DNA from: an uncultured delta proteobacterium
Lineage (GTDB): Bacteria; Myxococcota_A; Polyangia; Polyangiales; Polyangiaceae
NCBI GenBank assembly: GCA_963782055.1
Contig: CAWAIF010000003.1
Span: 2,336,001-2,400,000, forward strand
Direction: 5' to 3'
Length of the DNA: 64,000 bases
In this document: one piece after another, positions 42,430 to 51,956 of the stretch
Position numbering within the stretch: the first letter of the stretch is position 1
Layout: each line of letters opens with the position of its first letter
Program-made: the position numbers and the translations under genes
Notes under the pieces: generated by a model
Database searches by the model: none
What the model was told of the DNA's origin: nothing
What the model saw: only the letters and a program-made list of their open reading frames with translations

Positions 42430-42550
42430 TGGGGTCGCGGACCCCGGGCCGCCACCGTGTGGCGTCGCCCCGGGGTCGCAGCCGCCGCGCGGAGAGGGGC
42501 CGTGGCTGACGTACGCATGACACTGCCAGAGGGCGTTGTCGGCGCGCGGC

Positions 42551-43102
42551 TCAGTGCACGGTCACCGTGAACGCGCCGTTGCCGGTGAGGCGATACTGCG
42601 CGATGAACGCCTGATCCTGGGTGTTGCGGATGCGCCAGACGTGATTGATGTAAGTCTGCTGGGTGCGATTCCCGCCGGCCGGGACGGTGCCGTACTTCTG
42701 CTCGCCGCACTGGTAGTTGACCCAGATCAGGTCGACCGCTGCATCTCTGTCGTTCTGGAGCTGGAAGTTGACGGTGTTGCCGCTGTTGCCGCTGCAGACC
42801 CCACCGTCCTCGTCCAGGAGATCGTAGTTGCCGCCGGTGATGGTGAGCGCCGGCCCGGCATCGGCCTCGGGGGCTGCGTCCGCCACGCCGTCGTCCATGC
42901 CGGCGTCGACCGCCGCGGGCGCGTCGTCCGGCGCGTCGAGCGCGGGAGCATCATCAGGCGCGGCATCGAGCGGCGGCGTCCCCTCGTCGCCCGCCTCCAC
43001 GAAGCTGGAGTCGGGCCCGTCGGAGCCCGGCGGCCCCATCAACCCCACGCCGTCGAGTGAGCAGCCGGCGACGAGGAGCAGCGAGACCGACACCCAGCGC
43101 AT
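42551..43102 (-). CDS. Lipoprotein with C-terminal VHL beta-domain
   Basis: Lipobox VAGC, PDDAP linker, then NFQLQN..DAAVDLIWVNYQCGEQKYGTVPAG..RTQQTYINHVWRIRN. Confidence 0.7.
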   Translation of the reverse strand: MRWVSVSLLLVAGCSLDGVGLMGPPGSDGPDSSFVEAGDEGTPPLDAAPDDAPALDAPDDAPAAVDAGMDDGVADAAPEADAGPALTITGGNYDLLDEDGGVCSGNSGNTVNFQLQNDRDAAVDLIWVNYQCGEQKYGTVPAGGNRTQQTYINHVWRIRNTQDQAFIAQYRLTGNGAFTVTVH

Positions 43103-43147
43103 CCTGCCAGCATAGCGCAACGCGCGCCGTGCGGTGCGCCTGGCCGG

Positions 43148-43591
43148 TCAGGAAGAAGGGCTGCTCGCAGCGTAGGCCTCGACCTCCCCGGTCAGCTCGC
43201 ACGCCGCCGCCACCGTGTTGGTGACGGTGCCGAACTTGCGGATGTTCCGGTGCAGCAGCTCGACCCGGTCCGCCGTCTCGTCGGTCACGACGCGCAGCCG
43301 GTAGTGCATCCGCACCACGCGCGGGGGCGGCTCCTCCCGCTCTGCCGTCACCTCGATGCTCGCCGACGCGTAGCGGAAGGGCAGCATGTGCGAGAAGCGC
43401 TCCACGTTCTTCAGGATGCAGGCCGCGAGGGCCGCGCACAGCAGCTCGGCCGGCCCCGGCACCGTCTCGCTCCGCTGCGCCGAGCCATCGAAGCGGATGG
43501 CCTGGCTCCGCGCGTGGACGGTCGCCTCCCCACCGGGGCAGCACTCGGCCTGGACGGAGTACGTCGTTGGGGCCTTCCGGTCGGCGCTCAT
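43148..43591 (-). CDS. OsmC/Ohr-like protein
   Basis: PGPAELLCAALAAC; the usual second Cys appears replaced (KFGTVTNT). Confidence 0.8.
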   Translation of the reverse strand: MSADRKAPTTYSVQAECCPGGEATVHARSQAIRFDGSAQRSETVPGPAELLCAALAACILKNVERFSHMLPFRYASASIEVTAEREEPPPRVVRMHYRLRVVTDETADRVELLHRNIRKFGTVTNTVAAACELTGEVEAYAASSPSS

Positions 43592-43739
43592 GAGGGCCCG
43601 GCGAGGGTGGACCCTGCAGGCCGCGCTGTCCACCGGGTCGGCACCAAAGGCAGGCTTTGCGTCGGGAGATCGCCGTCGGCCTTCAGTCGCGCCGTGGTGG
43701 GGCAGTCGCCGAAAAAAAACACGAACAGGCGCCCGCGGC

Positions 43740-44339
43740 TCAGTGCACGGTCTTGCGGGGCACGCCCGTCGGGATCAGGTTCGAGTCGTAGGAGCTGAAC
43801 TCGACGCTGGAGTGGTGGCGCGGCGCGTGCGGGCGAAACGCCTTGTGCCCCTCCTCCGGTGACGGTCCGATGGAGGGCGACCGGGCGCGGCCCTCGAAGT
43901 CCGGCGCGCGCGCGATGAGCACCGCGCAGGGGGACTCGTGGAGCGCCTTCTCCGCCACCGAGCCGAGCACCAGGCGCGCGACGCCCTTGCGTGCGTGGGT
44001 ACCGAGCAGCAAGAGGTCGGCCTCGTTGTCGACCGCGACCTGCACGATCTCGTCCGCCGGGTCGCCGATCGCGACCTCGAGGTGGATCTGGAGGCAGATC
44101 GGGTTGTCGGCGCCGCCCGTCTTGGTGACGACCCACTCGTGCAGCCGCTCGAGCGCGGCGTCGATGGCGCTGGTCTCCGTCGTCTCCGCCTTGATCGCCC
44201 CGCGCCCGACGACGTGACAGAGGTGAAGCCTGGCGTCCGGACGCGCCCAGAGCAGCGTCTCCGCCTTGTCCCACAGAGGATCGGCGGTCGGGTCCCACGC
44301 CACGCCGGCGACGATCACGAGCTTGCCTTGCTGGGCCAT
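43740..44339 (-). CDS. Universal stress protein
   Basis: GDPADEIVQVA....DLLLLGTHARKGVARLVLGSVAEK. Confidence 0.9.
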   Translation of the reverse strand: MAQQGKLVIVAGVAWDPTADPLWDKAETLLWARPDARLHLCHVVGRGAIKAETTETSAIDAALERLHEWVVTKTGGADNPICLQIHLEVAIGDPADEIVQVAVDNEADLLLLGTHARKGVARLVLGSVAEKALHESPCAVLIARAPDFEGRARSPSIGPSPEEGHKAFRPHAPRHHSSVEFSSYDSNLIPTGVPRKTVH

Positions 44340-44457
44340 GGAAATGCTCCTTCGCAGCGATGGTCGCACATCTCGCGGGCGCCGGCCTCGTCGGTTCGCG
44401 CCTCGCCGCCATCCTCGTGATCGCCTAGGCTCCCGCGGCATCCGAAGGAGGCTCCCG

Positions 44458-45420
44458 ATGGCCAGAACGTTCGACGCAGAGTCCACCACCGATCAGGTCC
44501 TCGAGGGCGTCGACCTCGCGGGAAAGCGCGTCCTGGTCACCGGCGTCTCCGCCGGCCTCGGCGTGGAGACCGCGCGCGTGCTCGCCGCGCACGGCGCGCA
44601 GGTCGTCGGCGCCGCCCGCGATCTGGACAAGGCGCAGAAGGCGACCGAGCCGGTCCGCGCCGGGGCGGCCGGCGGCGGGGGCCTCGAGCTCGTCCGGCTG
44701 GATCTCGCCTCCCTCGCCAGCGTGCGCGCCTGCGCGGACGCGCTCGTCGCCGCCGGCAAGCCGTTCGATGTCGTGATCGCCAACGCCGGCGTCATGGCGT
44801 GTCCGAAGGGCGCGACGGCCGACGGCTTCGAGACGCAGTTCGGCACCAACCACCTCGGCCACTTCGTCCTGGTCAACCGCATCGCCTCGCTGCTTCATCA
44901 GGGATCGCGCCTCGTCAATCTCTCGTCGGCGGGGCACCGCTTCGCCGACGTCGATCTGGACGATCCGAGCTTCGAGCGTACGCCCTACTCCGAGTTCGTC
45001 GCGTACGGCCGCTCCAAGACGGCGAACATCCTCTTCGCGGTGGAGTTCGACAGGCTGCACGAGGCGCGCGGCGTCCGCGCGACCGCGGTGCATCCCGGCG
45101 GCATCCAGACCGAGCTCGGCCGGCACATGACGCCGGAGCTGATGCAGCAGATGATCCAGAACATCGCATCGGCGAACAAGGCGGCGAACCTGCCGGCCTT
45201 CAAGTGGAAGACGATCCCGCAGGGCGCCGCGACGAGCGTGTGGAGCGGCTTCGTCGCGGACGCCGAGGAGGTCGGCGGCCGCTACTGCGAGGACTGCCAC
45301 GTCGCCAAGATCATCGACGACCCTGCGGCCCGCGGCGGCGTGCGGCCCTACGCGCTGGACCCCGAGCGCGCGAAGGCGCTGTGGGCCAAGAGCGAGGAGA
45401 TGGTCGGCGAGCGGTTCTGA
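44458..45420 (+). CDS. Classical SDR oxidoreductase (retinol dehydrogenase/WWOX-like)
   Basis: TGVSAGLG, ANAGVM, QFGTNHLGHF, YGRSK. Confidence 0.92.
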   Translation: MARTFDAESTTDQVLEGVDLAGKRVLVTGVSAGLGVETARVLAAHGAQVVGAARDLDKAQKATEPVRAGAAGGGGLELVRLDLASLASVRACADALVAAGKPFDVVIANAGVMACPKGATADGFETQFGTNHLGHFVLVNRIASLLHQGSRLVNLSSAGHRFADVDLDDPSFERTPYSEFVAYGRSKTANILFAVEFDRLHEARGVRATAVHPGGIQTELGRHMTPELMQQMIQNIASANKAANLPAFKWKTIPQGAATSVWSGFVADAEEVGGRYCEDCHVAKIIDDPAARGGVRPYALDPERAKALWAKSEEMVGERF

Positions 45421-45550
45421 ACGCGCACGGTCGCTGTGTCCACGAAGCCCGAGGCGGGGGCTCCGTCGTGGAGTCGGAGCGCGCCAGCCCGTGGGGAGCG
45501 GCCGACGCGGAGGCGCTCGCGCTCGCGGCTTCGGTCGTGCGCCGCCGGCC

Positions 45551-47864
45551 TCACCGGTAGAGCAAGAACGGCTCCCGCCTCGCCCTGAAAGCGGCGAGTT
45601 CGGCGGCCCATGGCCGCGTCACGTCCGCGAGGCTCTCGCCGCGGCGGACGGCGTCGAGTGTGCGCGCGCTCCCGAGCAGGGAGCCCATCTCGTCGAGATG
45701 CCATCGCGACGGGTAGTTGGCGCGGAGGGCGAGCGCGATGGCCAGCCCGACGCGCACCGGGCGGAAGCGCGCGCGGTCGGTCACGACGACGCGGACGCCG
45801 TGGCACACCTCGCCGCGATACCGCGACGACACCGGTGAGAAGCTCGTCGCGGCGAAGCGCACGCCCCCGAGGCGCCTGGCCGCGGAGATCGCGCACCAGG
45901 GCGTCGCCGTCGATCCACGGCGCCCCGAGCTGCTCGAAGGGGGCGTCGGTGCCGCGCCCGACGGAGAGGTTGGTGCCCTCGAGCAGGCCGATCGCCGGGT
46001 AGAGCACCGCCTCGTCGACCGTGCGGAGGCTGGGCGACGGGCGGACCCACGGGAGGCCGGTCGCGTCGTAGTACTGGCGCCGGCGCCAGCCGCGCATCGG
46101 TACGACCTCGAGGCCGGCCCCCGTGCCGTCCTCGGCCGCGAACATCCGTGCGAGCTCGCCCATCGTCATGCCGTGACGCACCGGGAGCGCGGCGGCGTTG
46201 ACGAAGGACGCGGGACCGGAAAAGACCGGTCCCTGCACGTCCACGCCGTCGAGCGGGTCGGGCCGGTCGAGCACCACGAAGCGCAGGTGCCGCCGGGCGG
46301 CGACGCGCATCGCCCGCCGCATGGTCGAGGCGTAGGTGTAAAAGCGCACCCCGGCGTCCTGCAGGTCGAAGACAATCGTCGAGGCGCCGGCGAGCGCCGC
46401 GGGCGGCGGGTCGAACCGCGCGCCGTAGAGGCTGTAGACGGGGAGCCCGTCGAACCGCGAGTCGCCCACCTTCGCGTCGCGGTCGGCGCCCAGGCCGTGC
46501 TCGGGCGAGAGGAGGGAGACGAGCTCCAGCCCGTCGGCGCGTCGAAGGGCGTCGATGGTCGTGGTGCCGTCGCGCGCGCGTGCGCTCGCGTTGGTGAGCA
46601 GCGCCACCCGCGCCCCGCGCAGCCGCGCGAACTTCTCATCGCAGAGGACGTCGATGCCCGGCTCGACCTGGGCGGCGCGCACGGCGAGCCCGCCGACGTC
46701 GGCGATGAGCGGGTTGACGTGTCCCTTGCCGTCGGGGTGCACGCGGTTGCTCAGAAAGACCACGAAGAGGTCCCTCTCCGGGTCGATCCAGAGCGCCGTG
46801 CCGGTGTAGCCGCCGTGCCCGAACGCGCGATCGGAGAAGGACCAGTCGCCGTGCTTCGGCTTGTTGGTGGCGTACGGGCTCGCCGCGTCCCACCCGAGGG
46901 TGCGCCCGTTCGCCCGGCGGGCGAAGAAGCGGCGCGCGGTCGCCTTCGAGAAGATGCGGTGCCCGTCGAGCTCGCCGCGCCCGAGCATCGCGCGGGCAAA
47001 GCGCGCGAGATCGTCGGCGGTCGAGAAGAGCCCGGCGTGCCCCGCGACGCCGCCGAGCGCGAAGGCGCGCGGGTCGGAGACGTCGCCGACAATCCACGCG
47101 CCGCCGCGCTGCTCGGTGGGGGCGGCGCGCTTCTTCAGCGTGGCCGGCGGCGTGAACATCGTCTCCTTCATCCCGAGCGGCGCGAAGATCGCGTCGTGCG
47201 CGAAGGCCGCCAGGTCCTCGCCCGACACGCGCCGCACGATCTCGCCGAGCACCATGTAGCCGACATCGGAGTAGACGAAGCGCTCCCCCGGCCGCGCGCG
47301 GGGCCTGCGCCGGGCGACACGGCGCATCGCCTCCGCCGCGCCGTGCTCGTAGTCGCTCACCGGCGTGTCGGGGGCGAGGCCGCTCTCGTGAAGGAGGAGC
47401 TGCCGGACGGTGAAGGGCGGCAGCGGCGCGAGCTCGGGGACGTACTGCGAGGCGGGGGCGTCGAGCGAGACCTCCCCGCGCTCGACGAGGATCATGATGC
47501 TCGTGGCCGTCGCGATGGGCTTGGTGAGGGAGGCGAGATCGAAGAGCGTGTTGGCGGTCATCGGCGTCCGCGCCGGCTCGACGGAGCGCGAGCCGTAGGC
47601 CCGCCGGAAGAGGATCTCGTCGCGCGTCCCGATCTCGACGACGCACCCGGGCAGCTCGTGGGCGGCGATCGCGGCCTGCACCGCGGGGCCGATCGCCGCG
47701 AAGGCGTCGTCGGCCGGGAGGGGCACCGGGGGCGGAGGGGAGGGGAGGGGGCGCGGCGCGGTGATCGCCGCGGGACGCGGGGGCGCCGTCGGAGAGGGCG
47801 GCCGGTCGCCGGCCCACGCGGCCGCCATCGCGAGGAGAAGGAGCGCGCCGGCGAGACGCTTCAC
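45551..47864 (-). CDS. Serine hydrolase (beta-lactamase-like) fused to DUF1343/NamZ-like exo-beta-N-acetylmuramidase; +1 frameshift near 45865-45885
   Basis: ASLTKP (SxxK), YSD, GHGGYTG; PEHG, FDLQDAGVRFYTY, RHGMTMGEL, SVGRGTDAPF. The conserved tail GVRF...CHGV...R.PFLLY is in another frame. Confidence 0.85.
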
Positions 47865-48169
47865 GTGCCCTTCATTCCAGATTGGACCGCGAGGGTGTCC
47901 GCCTCGCCCAGCGGCGTCATCTCCTCGGTGGCGCCCATCGGATCGACCTTCGACTCCAGCGTCGCCGTCGCCCACCACGCGGCTGCCTGCTCGGCGCCCG
48001 CGCGCGCGCCGACATCGGCATGGCGGAGGAAGCTGAGCGCGAGCGCGACGACCCCGATGGCAACGGCGGTGGCGGCGACGAAGCCGAGGCGGCGCGCGGC
48101 CTGCTCCTTCCAGTCGCCGGGGAGCTCGCCGGACGCGCCGCTCTCCCAGCGGATGAGACCCTCCCGCAT
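47861..48169 (-). pseudogene. Small membrane ORF, possibly the internally deleted remnant of a membrane Ser/Thr kinase
   Basis: LPGDWKEQAARRLG + TM joined to EQAAAWW, resembling the N- and C-termini of myxobacterial TM kinases; GTGA overlap with the downstream gene. Confidence 0.4.
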
Positions 48170-48201
48170 GGCGGGGAGCTTCGGTCAGCCCCCGGGTCCT
48201 T

Positions 48202-48215
48202 GCAACGGGAAAGCC
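48202..48215 (-). promoter_or_regulatory. sigma-54 promoter
   Basis: GGCTTTCCCGTTGC(A) on the minus strand upstream of the ATG at 48169. Confidence 0.55.
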
Positions 48216-48262
48216 GCCTCGCGCGCGTTGCGTGCCTGCCGCGGAGCTGCGATGCTGGGGCC

Positions 48263-49699
48263 GTGAGCGAGCGGGAGCACGAGCCGCCGGTTTCGCCGGG
48301 CGATGTCCTCTCAGGCAAGTTCGAGGTGGAGCGTGTGCTCGGCATGGGCGGCATGGGCGTCGTCGTCGCCGCGCGTCACCTTCAGCTCGGGCAGCGCGTC
48401 GCCCTCAAGTTCATGCTGCCGGAGGCGCTGGCCAACCGCGACACGACCGAGCGCTTCATGCGCGAGGCGCGGGCGGTCGCCCGTCTGCGCAACGAGCACA
48501 TCACGCGCGTGCTGGACGTCGGCACGCTGGACGACGGCGCGCCGTACATCGTCATGGAGCTGCTGGAGGGGCAGGACGTGGCGGCGTTGCTGGAGAACGG
48601 CCCCCTCTCGGTGGGCCGGGCTGCGGCGATCGTCCTGCAGGCGTGCGCCGCGCTCGCAGAGGCCCACGCCGCCGGCATCGTCCATCGCGACCTGAAGCCG
48701 CACAACCTCTTCATGACCACCGACGTGGAGGGCAAGCCGCTCGTGAAGGTGCTGGACTTCGGCATCTCCAAGGACCTGGGCGAGGCGAACGCAGGGAACG
48801 CGCTCACCCGCACAACGGCGATCCTCGGCTCGCCGCACTACATGTCGCCGGAGCAGCTCAAGAGTTCTCGCGACGTGGACGCGCGCGCCGATGTCTGGTC
48901 GCTCGGGGTGTGCCTCTTCGAGCTCACCACCGCGACGGTCCCCTTCGACGCGCCGTCGGTCGCCGAGCTGTGCGCCATCGTCCTGTCGGACAAGCCCCCG
49001 AGCGTCACGAGCCTGCGCGACGACCTGCCGCCGGAGCTGGACGCGATCGTCGCGCGCTGTCTGGAGCGCGACGCGAAGGACCGCTTCCAGACGGTGGCAG
49101 AGCTGGCGACCGCGCTCGAGCCGCTCGCCGAGCCCTGGGCACGGTCGAGCGCGGATCGGGCGCGCAACGTGATGCGCAGGTCACAGGCCAGCTTGGTGGA
49201 GACGTTGGCCCCGTCGTCCGCGCCCGCGATGAGCGTGCCGGCCGTCATCGGCACGGACCCGACGCTCGCCGCCGGGCCGACGGTCGCCACGTGGGACGTG
49301 GCGGAGGAGAAGCCCCGGCCCCGCCGGTTTCCACTCGCGGCCATCATGGCGGGCGTCGCCGTCCTGGGTGCCGCGGGCGCGATCGCGGTGGCGCGCCTCG
49401 GGCAGCCGGCGACCGCCGCCGCCGTCACCTCGGAGGTCAACGGCGCGCCGGCCCCGCGCGCGACGGCGTCCGTCGCGGTGAGGCACGCTCAGGCCGTCCC
49501 GGCGCCTCCTCCCTCCGCGGCGCCGGCCGCGTCGTCGGTCTCCGGCGCGCCCCCTCCAGCGCCGACGGCGGCGCGCTCCGCCACGGCGAAGCCACGCGTG
49601 CGTCCGCCGGCGACGCGCGCCACCGCCCACGCGCCCGCACTCCCGCGCGCGTCCGCCTCGGCGAAGGGGGACGACTCCCTGCTCGAGGGGAGGAAGTGA
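48263..49699 (+). CDS. Membrane Hanks-type Ser/Thr protein kinase
   Basis: LGMGGMG, VALK, HRDLKPHN, DFG, GSPHYMSPEQ, then TM and an Ala/Pro-rich tail. Confidence 0.95.
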   Translation: MSEREHEPPVSPGDVLSGKFEVERVLGMGGMGVVVAARHLQLGQRVALKFMLPEALANRDTTERFMREARAVARLRNEHITRVLDVGTLDDGAPYIVMELLEGQDVAALLENGPLSVGRAAAIVLQACAALAEAHAAGIVHRDLKPHNLFMTTDVEGKPLVKVLDFGISKDLGEANAGNALTRTTAILGSPHYMSPEQLKSSRDVDARADVWSLGVCLFELTTATVPFDAPSVAELCAIVLSDKPPSVTSLRDDLPPELDAIVARCLERDAKDRFQTVAELATALEPLAEPWARSSADRARNVMRRSQASLVETLAPSSAPAMSVPAVIGTDPTLAAGPTVATWDVAEEKPRPRRFPLAAIMAGVAVLGAAGAIAVARLGQPATAAAVTSEVNGAPAPRATASVAVRHAQAVPAPPPSAAPAASSVSGAPPPAPTAARSATAKPRVRPPATRATAHAPALPRASASAKGDDSLLEGRK

Positions 49700-50703
49700 T
49701 GCGTCGCTGGTTCGTCCTCCCGCTCCTCGCCGTGTGCATGGTGTCCGCCGAGGCGCATGCGCAGACCGACGCCAAGGCCCGCGCGGAGGCGCTCTTCGAG
49801 GAGGGCCGCGCCCTCATGAAGAAGGGCGACCTCGCCGCCGCGTGCCCCAAGCTCGCCGCCAGCCAGAAGCTCGACCCGGGTGTCGGGACCCTCCTCAACC
49901 TCGCCACCTGCTACGAGAAGGCGGGCAAGACGGCGAGCGCGTGGGAGAGCTTCCACGAGGCGGAGGCCTCCGCGCGCCGGGAGGGGCAAGACGACCGCGT
50001 GCGCTTCGCCCACGAGCACGTCACGGCGCTCGCGTCGAAGCTCCCGCACCTGATCGTCCGCGTGCCCTCGGCGACGACAGGAGAGGTCGTGCGCCTCGAT
50101 GGCACCGTGCTCGATCCGTCGGCGTGGGGCGACAGCTTGCCGGTGGATCCCGGCTCGCACAGGGTGGAGGCCTCCGCAGAGGGGAAGCAGTCGTGGTCGG
50201 GCGCCGCCGACGTCACCGCCGGCAAGCCGGTGGAGATCGCCGTCCCCGCGCTCGCCGACGCGGCGCCGTCCTCCGTCCCCGCCACGACGACGCCGGTCGC
50301 GACGACGCCGGTCGCGACCACGCCGGCCGCCCCTGCCGCGATCCCGGCCACGCACGGGACCTCGGCGCTCTTCCCGGTCGGTATCGCCGTCGGGGTGGTG
50401 GGACTGGCGGGCGTGGCGCTCGGCGTCGGCTTCGGCGTCGACGCCAAGAACAAGAACGACGCCGCGCTGACTCACTGCCCGCAGACGCCCGCGTGCGCCG
50501 ATCAGACCGGCGTCGACCTGACGCACGAGGCGCAGACGTCCGCGACGGTGTCGACGGTCGGCTTCATCGCAGGGGGCGTGCTGGTCGCCGCCGCCGTCAC
50601 CATGGTCCTGATCGCGCCGCGCGAGAAGCGTGCGGTCACCGCGCGCCTCGCGCCGGTGGTCGGCCCCGGCACCTTCGGCGCCGCGCTGGGAGGCACCTTC
50701 TGA
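49699..50703 (+). CDS. Secreted TPR + PEGA-like protein with C-terminal hydrophobic/beta segment
   Basis: AEALFEEGR..ACPKL..S..LDP.VGTLLNLA.CYE; VRLDG....PVDPG.H.V; ends LGGTF. TGATG-coupled on both sides. Confidence 0.85.
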   Translation: MRRWFVLPLLAVCMVSAEAHAQTDAKARAEALFEEGRALMKKGDLAAACPKLAASQKLDPGVGTLLNLATCYEKAGKTASAWESFHEAEASARREGQDDRVRFAHEHVTALASKLPHLIVRVPSATTGEVVRLDGTVLDPSAWGDSLPVDPGSHRVEASAEGKQSWSGAADVTAGKPVEIAVPALADAAPSSVPATTTPVATTPVATTPAAPAAIPATHGTSALFPVGIAVGVVGLAGVALGVGFGVDAKNKNDAALTHCPQTPACADQTGVDLTHEAQTSATVSTVGFIAGGVLVAAAVTMVLIAPREKRAVTARLAPVVGPGTFGAALGGTF

Positions 50704-51839
50704 TGCGCCGCGCGGTCGTCATCGGCCTCTGCGCGGCGCTGGTGGGCTGCGCGAGCATCCTCGGCATCGACAATCGCTACTACGACGGCGACGCGGGGAC
50801 GGACGGCTCCGTCAACGACTCCGGGCTGCCCGACGCCTCCGCCGACGGCCCGCTGGCCGACGCCGGCGCGTGCGGCGCGTGCGGGGTGAACGTCGCGGAC
50901 TGCGTGGTCCTCGCGTGCAACCAGTCCAGCCCGACCCACGTGGCCGCGTCCAGCTCCCGCGTGTTCTGGACGCGCTCCGACCCGTTCTTCCCGACGTACA
51001 ACGGCGTCTTCTCCACCGCGACGCCCGGCGGTCCCGTCGAGACCAACTACGCCACGAGCACCGACTCCCTCGGGAACATGGTCGCGTACGAGAACAACAT
51101 CTACGTGGCCCTCGGCGCGGGCGGGCTCCTCCTCGTCCCGGGCAACGGCGGTGTCGGCACCGCGCCGGTGACCTCGCCGGTGAACGCGGTCGCGATCGAC
51201 AACGCCGACGCGGGCGAGCTCGGCCTGGGCAACACGTCGGACGCGGGCGGCATCTACCGCTGCGGGCCCGCCGCCCAGTGCAAAAACGGCACGCTCACGC
51301 CGGTGTACGGGCCGGTCCCGGCCTTCGACGCCATCGCCATGGATGGCACGCACGTGTACTGGGGCGCGGGGTTCAACAACGCGGAGATCTACCGCTGCGC
51401 GTGGGGTAGCGCCTGCACGACGCCCACGATGCTCGCGATGCCGAAGACCGTAGGCACCCTCGACGTCGACGACACGCACGTCTACTGGACGGACTTCTAC
51501 GGCTCGGGAGAGGCGATCTTCCGTGCGGACAAGACCGACGGCGGCAACCTGCTCCGGATCACCACCCCACAGTCGCAGTCGATCCACGGGATCGGCTCGG
51601 TGGTCGTCGACGGGGCGGACGTCTTCTACACGGCGGTCGGCGGCAACGGCACAGGGACCGTGTCGAGGGTGGGCATCGACGGCTTGGGCCAGCAGGACAT
51701 CGTCACCGGGCTGAGCGGGCCGGCGGGGCTTTCGGTCGACAAGAACTACGTCTACTTCACCGAGTTCGGTGCCCACGCCGACAGCGGCGCGTCCTTCCCC
51801 GACGGCCGCGTGATGCGCATCCCGCGCCCCAGCTTCTGA
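50703..51839 (+). CDS. Lipoprotein with beta-propeller-like (D.THVYW) repeats
   Basis: Lipobox LVGC-ASILGI, DAG linker, repeats MDGTHVYW / VDDTHVYWT / VDGADVFYT / VDKNYVYFT. Confidence 0.8.
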   Translation: MRRAVVIGLCAALVGCASILGIDNRYYDGDAGTDGSVNDSGLPDASADGPLADAGACGACGVNVADCVVLACNQSSPTHVAASSSRVFWTRSDPFFPTYNGVFSTATPGGPVETNYATSTDSLGNMVAYENNIYVALGAGGLLLVPGNGGVGTAPVTSPVNAVAIDNADAGELGLGNTSDAGGIYRCGPAAQCKNGTLTPVYGPVPAFDAIAMDGTHVYWGAGFNNAEIYRCAWGSACTTPTMLAMPKTVGTLDVDDTHVYWTDFYGSGEAIFRADKTDGGNLLRITTPQSQSIHGIGSVVVDGADVFYTAVGGNGTGTVSRVGIDGLGQQDIVTGLSGPAGLSVDKNYVYFTEFGAHADSGASFPDGRVMRIPRPSF

Positions 51840-51840
51840 A

Positions 51841-51956
51841 TCTGGATCAACGAGCGCGATTCGGAATCGCGCGCCGCCCCGCCCCGAAAAACGCGGTTCT
51901 TCGGGCCCCACCCCACGCGGCGCTCGCTTTGCTCGCGAAGATGGGCGTTGCCGATT
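51841..51956 (+). repeat. Structured intergenic repeat, copy A (REP/MITE-like)
   Basis: Aligns by eye with the reverse complement of 57091-57260 (AACGAGCGCGATTCGGA.TCGCGC...GCCGCCCCGCCCC...CGCGGCGCTCGCT.TGCTCGCGA.GAT.GGCGTT). Confidence 0.8.

Noticed and set aside
43712..43719. A8 run downstream of the USP gene as a rho-independent terminator
   Set aside because: No convincing stem directly precedes the U tract on the minus strand.
50280..50330. Tandem 15-bp repeats (ATTPV) in the TPR/PEGA gene; 12-bp GSKA-type repeats near 39050-39090
   Set aside because: In-frame low-complexity linkers with no spacers; not CRISPR or a regulatory array.
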